From Candidatus Woesearchaeota archaeon (lineage in GTDB: Archaea > Nanobdellota > Nanobdellia > Woesearchaeales > GW2011-AR9), in assembly GCA_018303285.1 (NCBI GenBank), contig JAGVYL010000002.1, positions 6,483 through 47,102 on the forward strand: DNA of 40,620 nucleotides, in the 5' to 3' direction. The notes under the pieces were generated by a model. That model was not told the DNA's origin, did not search any database, and saw nothing but the letters and a program-made list of their open reading frames with translations. This document shows, in pieces, positions 1 to 8,436 of the stretch (position 1 is its first letter; the number at the start of each line of letters is the position of its first letter). A program made the translations under genes and the position numbers.

Positions 1-55
1 TGCGATGTTCGGGTTTATCTTCCACAATCAATATCTTCAACTTTCGTGTTTCCAT
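1..55 (-). CDS. N-terminal fragment (runs off window) of a response-regulator receiver-like protein
   Basis: ATG at 55 reads METRKLKILIVEDKPEHR, matching the receiver beta1 'KILIVED' motif; preceded by the same SD leader as the two upstream genes. Confidence 0.6.
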   Translation of the reverse strand, partial: METRKLKILIVEDKPEHR

Positions 56-117
56 TTTTTATCCCTCATTTTGTTTTGCTTTTTTGTTACGTCTTCAATC
101 ATTTTTCTTTCCTTCGT

Positions 118-666
118 TTAGATTTTGCCTGCAATAGAGAAGTCACTCCCCTTAGAGATACAAGTTACACTCTTAGCTCCCAGCCCATACTTAAATCGCA
201 CCATTAGCAAAGCAATAGTCTGTTCACAACCTTCGCATTCCCATACTTTTGGAAATTCGTATGAAAGTTTCTCGTGTTTCAGTTTTACTGCCCGATCAAT
301 CGCATAATCAAGTCCAGAACTCCTACCCGGCTCAAATAAAACTATATCTTTGCCTTCTAATGCAGAGGCTCCTTCTCTTTCAAAATACTTCTCAAAACAT
401 TCTCCGAACTCACCTGAACACCCTAAGCAACCAGCTTTCGCTGCAAAGTAAATTGTACCTTTCTCTTCTAGTACCGACAGTCCATGCATTTCAACTCTAC
501 TTTTAGCTTCGCTTATCTTTGCTTCCAATTCCCCCACGGTATATACCATCTTTGGGCTCACCCAAAAAGCTCTGGATCCGCTTTTAGCTTCGCTCATATA
601 TGCCTCAAATCTTACCACTGGTTCTGCAATTAGACACTCTCCTTCAGCAATAACTCTTTCATACAA
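118..666 (-). CDS. hypothetical protein (start uncertain)
   Basis: 182-aa ORF with TTG start; the SD-linked ATG at 679 is out of frame. Confidence 0.65.
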   Translation of the reverse strand: MYERVIAEGECLIAEPVVRFEAYMSEAKSGSRAFWVSPKMVYTVGELEAKISEAKSRVEMHGLSVLEEKGTIYFAAKAGCLGCSGEFGECFEKYFEREGASALEGKDIVLFEPGRSSGLDYAIDRAVKLKHEKLSYEFPKVWECEGCEQTIALLMVRFKYGLGAKSVTCISKGSDFSIAGKI

Positions 667-710
667 TCCTTTTTCCCATTTTTTATCCCTCCATTTTTTT
701 TATTTTGTTT

Positions 711-1514
711 TTACAGTCGCTTGTGCTTAACATATTCATCGCATAGGCCGTCCATTCCCAACTCTAACTGAATCATCAATGCTTCAGTAGCACTTTCGCA
801 CATTCCATCAGCAACTCTTGTAAGGATCTCCCCCGACCACACCGGTTTTATTCCCGTTATTTCTTGCAGTTCTTTGATGTAGCCAGAATACTTCAAAAAC
901 TTTCTCCTCACTTCAGCCCTCGCCTCAAATGTAGATTCCATACCCTTTTCTAGAATGGCAACATATGCTTTTCTGACCATTTCCTCATCGGGCTCAAAGC
1001 CACTTAATTCTTTAATCGTTTTTACATAGTCCACAAATGCCCAAGGATGTTTTAATGCTGCTTCCAAATAACCTTTTTTAATACAGGATTCAGATGGTGC
1101 CTCTAATGCACTTTCTAACGATTTATACGTTGCAATTGCTTCTTCACGTCTTTCTGAACAGTGCCTTGCTATTGCTGCGTCTCTACGACTTAGTTCATCA
1201 CTTGTCGAATATATGATTCCCTTCCACACTTGTTCATAAGCTGTTGAAATAACTTCCTGTGGGACACACGGCTCAATTTCAGTAATAGATTCTAGTTCTG
1301 CAATCAAATGCGGACCAAATCTAGCAGCTAAACGATAGAACTTCTGAATTACTTCTTCTTTTGGAGTAATTCCTGCAATCTCTTTTCTAACTCTGATATC
1401 TTCAATAAATTTTCCAAGTGGTAGATGCACACCGGAGTATTCTTCTGTTCTCATTACCAAAGAGCCCATCTCTTCCGCTTCTCTTGCTAATACCTCTAAA
1501 GTTGTTTTTCCCAT
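711..1514 (-). CDS. hypothetical alpha-helical protein
   Basis: 267-aa ORF, SD GGAGGGAT upstream; internal loosely repeated 'L.E.TG..P..E....Y' segments. Confidence 0.8.
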   Translation of the reverse strand: MGKTTLEVLAREAEEMGSLVMRTEEYSGVHLPLGKFIEDIRVRKEIAGITPKEEVIQKFYRLAARFGPHLIAELESITEIEPCVPQEVISTAYEQVWKGIIYSTSDELSRRDAAIARHCSERREEAIATYKSLESALEAPSESCIKKGYLEAALKHPWAFVDYVKTIKELSGFEPDEEMVRKAYVAILEKGMESTFEARAEVRRKFLKYSGYIKELQEITGIKPVWSGEILTRVADGMCESATEALMIQLELGMDGLCDEYVKHKRL

Positions 1515-1565
1515 TTTTTCATCCCTCCATTTTTTGTTTTTTGTTTCTATTCATTTGTTATGTCT

Positions 1566-1613
1566 TAGTAGTAACGTAGCTACTATTTAAACACTTGTAG
1601 TAATAATTATTAC
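1566..1613 (-). promoter_or_regulatory. archaeal promoter with flanking palindromic operators
   Basis: TATA (TTTAAATA on - strand, 1584-1591) flanked by perfect palindrome GTAATAATTATTAC (1600-1613) and TAGTAG-N8-CTACTA (1566-1585). Confidence 0.5.
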
Positions 1614-1704
1614 GAAAGTGCCACTAAACAGTGTATATCCCAAATAGAAACTATCTTCTATTGTTAATAGAAACATTTAAATAGTTCCGTTCTTTTGCCA
1701 GCTT

Positions 1705-2913
1705 ATGCTCACCAAAGAAACTTTAAAAGAAGTAATCCTTTCCCAAAGGGCTTATTTAGACCGGGCAGATTTAGGCACTTTGCGTCAGAAAGAGATAACC
1801 ATCGGGGGTTCTTTTGCAATATTAATTACTGGTATAAGAAGATGTGGAAAAAGCACTTTCCTCAATCAAGTGCTAAAAAAACAGAAAAAAGGATATTACC
1901 TTAACTTGGAAGATCCTCGGCTGGAAGGGTTTGAGTTGTCAGATTTTAATAAAGTAGAAACTATCTTAAATGAGATCTACGGGGTGGGGGGAGTTTACTT
2001 TTTTGATGAGATTCAGAATATTGAAAAGTGGGAGAAATTTGTAAGATATCTTATTGATAAAAAAGAAAAAGTAGTTATTACCGGTTCAAATGCCTCTCTC
2101 CTAAGTCGGGAGCTAGGCACCAAACTAACCGGAAGGCATTTACAACTAGAGCTGTTCCCTTTCTCTTATCAGGAGTTCTTAGACTTAAAGAAGAAAAGCC
2201 CGTCCGTAGATTCTTTTGAAGAATACTTTAATCTGGGTGGATTCCCGGAATATCTAAAAAAAGAAGATCCAGCCATCCTTCATGAACTGCTCTCGGATGT
2301 GGTGATGAAAGATATTGCCATTAGGTTTGGCATAAAGAACACCAATATGCTTAACAAAATTGTGATTTATCTCATTAGCAATGCGGGGAAAGAATTTTCG
2401 TATAATTCTATCAAAAATATGCTGGAAATTAAGTCGGTTCAGAGTGTTATTGATTATGTTTCCTATCTTGAAAACACCTATCTAATATTCACAATTCCCC
2501 GATTTAGCTATTCTTATAAGCAGCAGCAGGTCAATCCTAAAAAAGTGTATTCCATAGACAACGGCTTTTCTAGCAGCAATTCGGCATCTTTCTCCCAAGA
2601 CAAAGGGAAAATGCTGGAGAATATGGCTTTTTTAGGGCTGCGAAGAAGATTCAGAGATATATTTTACTTCCAAGATAAAGTAGAATGTGACTTTGTTATA
2701 AAAGAAAAAGAGAAAATAACTAAAGCCATTCAGGTATGTTTTGATTTTAATGAAGAGACTAAAGGCCGCGAGATTAAAGGATTGCTCACTGCTTTAAAAT
2801 ATTTTAATCTTAAAGAAGGGCTTATCTTGACGTATAATCAAGAAGATGAATTCCTGCTAGAAGGGAAGAAAGTAATAATTCAACCAGTTTGGAAATGGTT
2901 ACTTGAAGAGTAA
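1705..2913 (+). CDS. AAA+ ATPase (AAA_14 + DUF4143-type, C-terminal PD-(D/E)xK-like)
   Basis: Walker A GIRRCGKS, Walker B YFFDEIQ, 'ITGSNASLL', 'GGFPE', 'KKVYSIDNG', 'ECDFV...AIQV'; TATA TTTAAATA at 1676. Confidence 0.9.
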   Translation: MLTKETLKEVILSQRAYLDRADLGTLRQKEITIGGSFAILITGIRRCGKSTFLNQVLKKQKKGYYLNLEDPRLEGFELSDFNKVETILNEIYGVGGVYFFDEIQNIEKWEKFVRYLIDKKEKVVITGSNASLLSRELGTKLTGRHLQLELFPFSYQEFLDLKKKSPSVDSFEEYFNLGGFPEYLKKEDPAILHELLSDVVMKDIAIRFGIKNTNMLNKIVIYLISNAGKEFSYNSIKNMLEIKSVQSVIDYVSYLENTYLIFTIPRFSYSYKQQQVNPKKVYSIDNGFSSSNSASFSQDKGKMLENMAFLGLRRRFRDIFYFQDKVECDFVIKEKEKITKAIQVCFDFNEETKGREIKGLLTALKYFNLKEGLILTYNQEDEFLLEGKKVIIQPVWKWLLEE

Positions 2914-2955
2914 CTTGAAAACGAAGTGACCCTAGCTGCTTGAAGAGAATTGAAT

Positions 2956-3693
2956 ATGGAAATTAAAGAAATATTGCTGGGATTAGGAATGACTCATAAC
3001 GAAGTCGAGGTATACCTAACCCTATTAAAATCAGGCTCCCTCTCTGTAAATGACATCGGAGAGAAATCCGGTCTGCACCGCCAAGTATGCTATGATGCTT
3101 TAGAACGCTTATTGGAAAAAGGCTTCGTGTCTTATGTCATTCAGAACAGTAAGAAGTATTTCCAGGCGTTAAACCCACAGAGGTTGTTAGCTTATCTGGA
3201 GCAGAAGAAAGAAGCAGTACAGCAAATTCTGCCCGAATTGCTTGGATTTACTTCCCTTCCTAAAGAAGAAACTGCCATAGAAGTAATAAAAGGGAAAAAC
3301 GTAATAAGAACCATACTCCAAGATGTGATAAACACCCTGAAAAAGAACAACGGGGAACTGTTAATGCTGGGAGTAGAAGAAAGCAAGTTTCTGGAAGAAG
3401 ATAAGATAGCCATCCAGCAATATCTGCGGGACTTGAAGCGATTCAATCTGAAAGAAAAGCTTCTGGCCAGCTCTAAAGCAAAGCTCTATTTTGAGGGAGA
3501 GCAGTCTGAATACCGGCTGATAGATGCTCAGTATTTTAATCCCAATCCACTTTATATCTACAACGGAAAAGTAGTGCAAGTTGTTTGGAGTAATCCCAAT
3601 TATGCGGTTATGATCAACAACCATGAGATTTACGACAGCTATAAAAAGCACTTTGAGATGCTTTGGGAAATGGCTAAACCGCTGAAAAGATGA
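2956..3693 (+). CDS. TrmB-family transcriptional regulator
   Basis: N-terminal wHTH 'LGMTHNEVEVYLTLL...YDALERLLEKGFV'; C-terminal 'YKKHFEMLWEMA'. Confidence 0.9.
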   Translation: MEIKEILLGLGMTHNEVEVYLTLLKSGSLSVNDIGEKSGLHRQVCYDALERLLEKGFVSYVIQNSKKYFQALNPQRLLAYLEQKKEAVQQILPELLGFTSLPKEETAIEVIKGKNVIRTILQDVINTLKKNNGELLMLGVEESKFLEEDKIAIQQYLRDLKRFNLKEKLLASSKAKLYFEGEQSEYRLIDAQYFNPNPLYIYNGKVVQVVWSNPNYAVMINNHEIYDSYKKHFEMLWEMAKPLKR

Positions 3694-3801
3694 AAATTGT
3701 TCCGTTTAAAGCCTTATTGATGTTATTCCTAAAAAGTGCTAAAAGCATGGAAAGATTTATAAAGTACCGCCTTCTATAAGAGATAAATCAAGATAAACAA
3801 A

Positions 3802-4245
3802 ATGATTTCAACTAAAATTCGAAATGCCCTTTTGGTGGGCGGAATGTACTGTTTGATGGGCAGTGGTCTGGCCAAAGCTGACCAGAATGCTTCCCTGCCA
3901 AGCTTAGAGAAGATTATGTGTATTCTAAAAGTAGACAAGCCGTCTCAGGTAGTACAACTTCCAGGAGGTTATGTAACTACCCCCCGGGCAGCTGTTGAGT
4001 TAGATATCTTAGCTAATGTTATTTCTGGTTCGATTCAAATCACTCCCAAAGTTGTTAAAGATAAATATGGAGTCTTACGCGAAATTAAAGTTTTTAATGG
4101 TACTTATCAACCGGGAAATTATTTGGAAGAGAAAAAGACTCTTTTCCCTAAAGCGGATATAGATAGAAACCATATTCTTACTGAAGAAGAAGTGCTGAGA
4201 TTAGAAAAAGAGATGTATTCTTCTCGCAAAGTGCCTTCTCAATAG
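3802..4245 (+). CDS. secreted hypothetical protein with EF-hand-like loop
   Basis: Signal-like N-terminus (AKA-D); 'DIDRNHILTEEE' Ca-loop-like; TATA TTTATAAA at 3756. Confidence 0.7.
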   Translation: MISTKIRNALLVGGMYCLMGSGLAKADQNASLPSLEKIMCILKVDKPSQVVQLPGGYVTTPRAAVELDILANVISGSIQITPKVVKDKYGVLREIKVFNGTYQPGNYLEEKKTLFPKADIDRNHILTEEEVLRLEKEMYSSRKVPSQ

Positions 4246-4248
4246 AGA

Positions 4249-5832
4249 TTACCATTTTCCTCCAATAACAACGTTAACTTTTCCAAAGTTATCCTCTTCA
4301 AAATTGGAGGGAGTTGAAAAAGAGAGAGAACTGCTGACTTTATCCCCCAAGGGAACGATTAATTTGTAAGACCCGTAATTATCTTTTTCTGGAGCATATT
4401 CTGCGGATAGGATACTTCCATCCTCCAGTTTAAATTTTGCAGAGTATTCTTGTTCTTGTTCTCCCCAGTATACTCCCAATGAAACTCCTTCCGAGATCCC
4501 TGCATAAGTATCAACTCTCCATGTCTTAAAAGTGGTAAGGGGCTGCATAGTGAAATATGCTTTTTTTTCCTCTTCTCTTTGATACTGAGTTGATAGAAAT
4601 ACTTGATTTCCGTTATGTACCACTACGGACTTTACAGTTTCCCCTTCATAAAGAGAATATTCTTTAGCCGCAATTTTGTCTAATGCCATTCCCGCTAAAG
4701 CTGCACCAGCAAATGAACCTATTTTTTTAGGAGCATATCTTGTTTGCAGTTCAGTTTCCAAATCATCCCAAGAAACCAGCCAACTTGGTTTACAGGCCCC
4801 TCCTTCGCAAAATTTTTCCTTTTCTGATGGAAGAATCAATGGTTTAAATGGTTCTGACTTTGTAGGAGACGGGGACTTTGGTGTTTTTTGTTCCTCGGGA
4901 ACTACTTTTTTCGATTTTTGTTCGGGAGGAATCAGGGAAAGTGTAGAAAAAGAACTAGTTTTATCTCCTGCTGATTTTAGTATACCACTTATCTCTCCAC
5001 TAAATGACTTAACAATTTTGCTTTCTATAAGTGCTAAACCAGAGGATTCTCCGGAAGGAAATTCTAATGGATTAAAAGAACGGATGTACGCGATATTCTG
5101 CATATCTATCTTTCCAGTTTTGTAGTTAAGATTAAATTTTCCTTTTGAGTCCGCTTCATTCAACCCTTCAAACCCCACTCCCAGATAAACATACTCCGGA
5201 GTTTCTTTTTTTAACGGATCAGGATCCCAAGTCTTGACAGAAGCCAAATAGATTGCTCTGGCTGTGGCGATTCCTTCAACTGTGATTCCTTCTTCTCCCA
5301 AAGTGACTTTCGTTCCTTCAAAAAGAGATTCTACTTCAGTAAGATGAAAATCGCGCATTCTTGCCCCGTTGGATAAAATGAATTCATTAGCATTTCTGAT
5401 TTCTATCGGACCTTGTGCTTCGCTCAAGTCAAAAAAATTATCCTCAAAAGAAAATCCTTGATCAGAACTTCCTTTCCAAATAGAAAATCCTCCGCCCCCC
5501 AAAGCTTTGATAATTGTTCCTTTAAGATTTTTATCTTTAAGATTTAAAGTTATTCCGTTAGTAATTTCACCATTAGAGTAGATGGTATGACCTTGACTTA
5601 GATCTAGGTTCATCAAATCAGGATGCATCTTTTTGATGGCTTGTTGAGCCAGAGGATATTGACTAAGATCTCCTGCTAATTCTAGATTATCGCCTTCCAT
5701 CCATTGATCTATATTTAATGCAAGAAAATCAATTTTATTTTCTGGTGGCGCAAGAAGTGTTTCCGTCTCTGCTGCCAAAGTTCCATAAGTTATGATAAAG
5801 AAAACAAATAGATAAAAATTTATTTTTCTCAT
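4249..5832 (-). CDS. large secreted protein, partner of pilin-like module 1; beta-rich C-terminus
   Basis: 527 aa, signal peptide, Pro/Lys linker, ATGA overlap with 5829-6644. Confidence 0.8.
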   Translation of the reverse strand: MRKINFYLFVFFIITYGTLAAETETLLAPPENKIDFLALNIDQWMEGDNLELAGDLSQYPLAQQAIKKMHPDLMNLDLSQGHTIYSNGEITNGITLNLKDKNLKGTIIKALGGGGFSIWKGSSDQGFSFEDNFFDLSEAQGPIEIRNANEFILSNGARMRDFHLTEVESLFEGTKVTLGEEGITVEGIATARAIYLASVKTWDPDPLKKETPEYVYLGVGFEGLNEADSKGKFNLNYKTGKIDMQNIAYIRSFNPLEFPSGESSGLALIESKIVKSFSGEISGILKSAGDKTSSFSTLSLIPPEQKSKKVVPEEQKTPKSPSPTKSEPFKPLILPSEKEKFCEGGACKPSWLVSWDDLETELQTRYAPKKIGSFAGAALAGMALDKIAAKEYSLYEGETVKSVVVHNGNQVFLSTQYQREEEKKAYFTMQPLTTFKTWRVDTYAGISEGVSLGVYWGEQEQEYSAKFKLEDGSILSAEYAPEKDNYGSYKLIVPLGDKVSSSLSFSTPSNFEEDNFGKVNVVIGGKW

Positions 5833-6644
5833 TTTTGTTCCTCAACGGCATTTATTTTAGCAGCGAATAAAAATCTTATTGGTTGAGACTCTATCTTTGA
5901 TTGATTGTCTGTAATTAAAAAGAGGTAAGTATCCTTATTAAACAAGGCAGCATCAATAAAATATCCTTCATGTAACAAAGCTAGGGGGTCTATGAAAAAA
6001 GGATGTTCTTGAATCTGAAGAGTAAGATTTTGTACAAAAAGAGAGAGTTCTTTTAATTTAATCTTATGGTTAATTTCGAAGAAAGCTACTTCTCTCTCGG
6101 ATGTACCTTGGATTATTTTTATTGGCCAATTAACCTGGAATAAAACTGTTTGTTCTCCGATTTTAGCGGTAGTTTCCAATTTTCCTATTTGCACATTTGT
6201 TAGATATGCTATGTTTTTATTTAGTCCATTCCCATTTAAAACAGAATAATTCTTGATACCTGCTCCTGTTGCACAAGAGGGCAGATGTTCCTCAATCATT
6301 TCAGCGAGATACTCTTCCATCTCTTCGGTTGAAGGGGTGGTATCCGCTCCTAAATAATGACCATAATTAGCATTAAACATCTCGCCTTCAAAGTAAGGAA
6401 AAAAAATAGTATCCCTGCCGCCGAAATAACCAAGATTCAATAAGGCTTTCCCGCTAACTTTTTTTAAACATTTATCTAGTGTCATCTTTATTTTCTCTGA
6501 TTCTGCATTTAAATAAATAGTATCTTCGACTTCGTTCTGATGTTTAAACCTGGTTCCAATCAAAGATAAAATTAATACTAGTGTGAGAACTATCACCCCC
6601 CCAATAATTATAAACATCGTCACCTGCCCTCGTTTCTTGGTCAT
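5829..6644 (-). CDS. class III signal peptide (pilin-like) membrane protein, paralog 1
   Basis: MTKKRG-QVTMFIIIG, 'LDKCLK', 'GYFGG', C-terminal 'DTYLFLITD...FLFA'. Confidence 0.8.
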   Translation of the reverse strand: MTKKRGQVTMFIIIGGVIVLTLVLILSLIGTRFKHQNEVEDTIYLNAESEKIKMTLDKCLKKVSGKALLNLGYFGGRDTIFFPYFEGEMFNANYGHYLGADTTPSTEEMEEYLAEMIEEHLPSCATGAGIKNYSVLNGNGLNKNIAYLTNVQIGKLETTAKIGEQTVLFQVNWPIKIIQGTSEREVAFFEINHKIKLKELSLFVQNLTLQIQEHPFFIDPLALLHEGYFIDAALFNKDTYLFLITDNQSKIESQPIRFLFAAKINAVEEQK

Positions 6645-6794
6645 ATAAAGCAGGAAAGAAAAGTAGTATTTAAAGATAATCCTGCAGATTAGTAAAAAAT
6701 ATGTAATCGGTCTATAATTCTCAGTTTACTCTGATGGATGTGTGAGGTGAAAAAGTTGCTTCTTCGAACGGGGAAAAAGCGACTAACTAATCAA

Positions 6795-7181
6795 TCATCT
6801 TAGAACTGCTTTAATTTTATGTGTAAAAAGTTCCGCTTGATATTTCTTAAACAATATCTCAATCTTTTCTTTAATTGGTTTTTCTACAGTAGAATCTATC
6901 TCAAAAAACCAAACACTGCTTTTATCTAAATTTGCCCCAAAAATCCTCCGTGAAAAACTATACCATTTTCGTTGATGGTGTATAAATATGTCCGTAAAAT
7001 CCATTTCAGTATGGTCACGAGTTTCGTGATATACTCTATTGCCTCCCAGTTCAACTTTTCCCTCAGCAAACAAAGGGGTGATCTCTTTGGCAATTTTTTC
7101 CATAATTGAAGCTACTGCCACTCCGGGGGCTCTTTTATGTTTATCCATCCCTCCTAACATGTTAATTAGTTTTGCGGTCAT
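6795..7181 (-). CDS. hypothetical protein
   Basis: 128-aa ORF, TATA (TTTATAAA) at ~7206-7213. Confidence 0.7.
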   Translation of the reverse strand: MTAKLINMLGGMDKHKRAPGVAVASIMEKIAKEITPLFAEGKVELGGNRVYHETRDHTEMDFTDIFIHHQRKWYSFSRRIFGANLDKSSVWFFEIDSTVEKPIKEKIEILFKKYQAELFTHKIKAVLR

Positions 7182-7295
7182 GTTCTTTTAATGAGGATTT
7201 TTTCTTTTATAAACTTTGTGTGCTTTCGATTAAGTCTCTACTAAACGTCATCTTTAAATATTAGTTCTTTTTCTCTGTTTTTAGAGGTGATTATT

Positions 7296-7685
7296 ATGTT
7301 GAAATGTGAATTATGTTGGTCGGATAAAGTGGTCAAAAAAGGGATGAGGCATAATGCTTCAGGATCGAAACAAAAATTTTTCTGTCACGATTGTAAAAAG
7401 TGGTATGTACATGATGATGGGTTTAAACGGATGAGAATCAAACCAGAACATATCGTGCGTGCTCTGCACGAATATGGAGATGGAGCATCACTTAAAAAAG
7501 TGAGAGAACATCTCAAACAGCATGATAATGTTCAAGTTACTCTATGGGCAATACGAAAATGGATAGTAAAGTATGCTCATCTCCTAAAAAAAACGAGCAG
7601 AAACTCGGTACTCCAACGATTAAGGGGCGTATCCACTTCGATGAAAAATATACCCGTGTCAGAGACCATTGGGAATATAGGCTAA
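7296..7685 (+). CDS. transposase OrfA (Zn-ribbon + HTH, InsA-like)
   Basis: CxxC..KKG..QKFFCxxC; SD GAGGTGA at 7284-7290. Confidence 0.8.
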   Translation: MLKCELCWSDKVVKKGMRHNASGSKQKFFCHDCKKWYVHDDGFKRMRIKPEHIVRALHEYGDGASLKKVREHLKQHDNVQVTLWAIRKWIVKYAHLLKKTSRNSVLQRLRGVSTSMKNIPVSETIGNIG

Positions 7686-8224
7686 CTGCAATTGATAGTA
7701 AAACAAAAATGGTTCTTGCTGAAATTGTCGTTGTAGAGAGAACACTAAAAGCATGCGTTGCATTTCTCAAACAAATTAAAGATTGGTGCTACAAACAGAT
7801 GCTAGAGAAGTACAGAGAAGAAATGAAGAAACCTGTCAGTAAAAGAAAATTGATTATTTTTGTTTCAGATAAATTTGGAAATTATACATCTGCATGGAAA
7901 AAATTGTTTAATAGGATCACCAAATTGCGATTTGGAGTTCCAATCGCCTGTAAAAAATTTGGATTGAAACATAACAACAATAGTGTCGAACGGCACAATC
8001 GAGAACTGAATAGAAGATTTGATGCCCTCAATGTTTTTCAAACGCACGAGGGAGCACAAGTAACCTCAACAATGTCCAAGATATTGCATAATTATGTCAA
8101 TCCTCATAGTATGCTTCATGGAAAAACGCCTGCAGAGAAAGCAGAACTTATTTTGCCATTGGGAACAAATAAGTTGCTGGGAATGATAGAATTAGCTAGA
8201 AAAGCGGAGATGACGACAAGTTGA
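7544..8224 (+). CDS. transposase OrfB, DDE domain; probably fused to OrfA by -1 frameshift at A8C (7586-7594)
   Basis: 'IHFDEKY', 'AIDSKTK', 'VSDK', 'NNSVERHN', 'HNYVNPH..L.GKTPAEKA'. Confidence 0.85.
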   Translation: MGNTKMDSKVCSSPKKNEQKLGTPTIKGRIHFDEKYTRVRDHWEYRLTAIDSKTKMVLAEIVVVERTLKACVAFLKQIKDWCYKQMLEKYREEMKKPVSKRKLIIFVSDKFGNYTSAWKKLFNRITKLRFGVPIACKKFGLKHNNNSVERHNRELNRRFDALNVFQTHEGAQVTSTMSKILHNYVNPHSMLHGKTPAEKAELILPLGTNKLLGMIELARKAEMTTS

Positions 8225-8240
8225 CTTAATCCTCCCTCCA

Positions 8241-8414
8241 GTATGTGCATAGCATCTTCAAAACCCTAGATGAATATATCAATTGCCCTGCGTTCCCGCA
8301 GGGAGCATCCTGTTGCAGCAGCAACATTGAGAGACCCGCAGGTCGAACTTACCTCGCAACGGGCTCGCTCCTACAAATTGATTGGGTTTTGACTTTAGGA
8401 TGCTATGCACATAC
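8241..8414. mobile_element. MITE, 174 bp, 16-bp perfect TIR and 8-bp target-site duplication
   Basis: TIR GTATGTGCATAGCATC (8241-8256 / 8399-8414); TSD TCCCTCCA at 8233-8240 and 8415-8422; nested internal hairpins. Confidence 0.85.
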
Positions 8415-8436
8415 TCCCTCCAAACTGCCTAAACAA

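Larger units (their letters stand above)
52..1545 (-). repeat. three copies of a conserved ~35-nt leader/RBS module (52-85, 675-710, 1510-1545)
   Basis: + strand CCATTTTTT(C)ATCCCT(C)CATTTT... at each gene start, i.e. AAAATG(G)AGGGAT(G/A)AAAAAATGG on the - strand. Confidence 0.75.
7228..8231 (+). mobile_element. IS element (IS1/IS6-like DDE) with terminal inverted repeats
   Basis: GATTAAGTC..CGTCATCT (7228-7253) and AGATGACG..GACTTAATC (8208-8231) bound two overlapping transposase ORFs. Confidence 0.85.

Noticed and set aside
4676-5125. Long antisense ORFs (also 25933-26406 and others)
   Set aside because: Shadows of longer well-supported genes on the opposite strand
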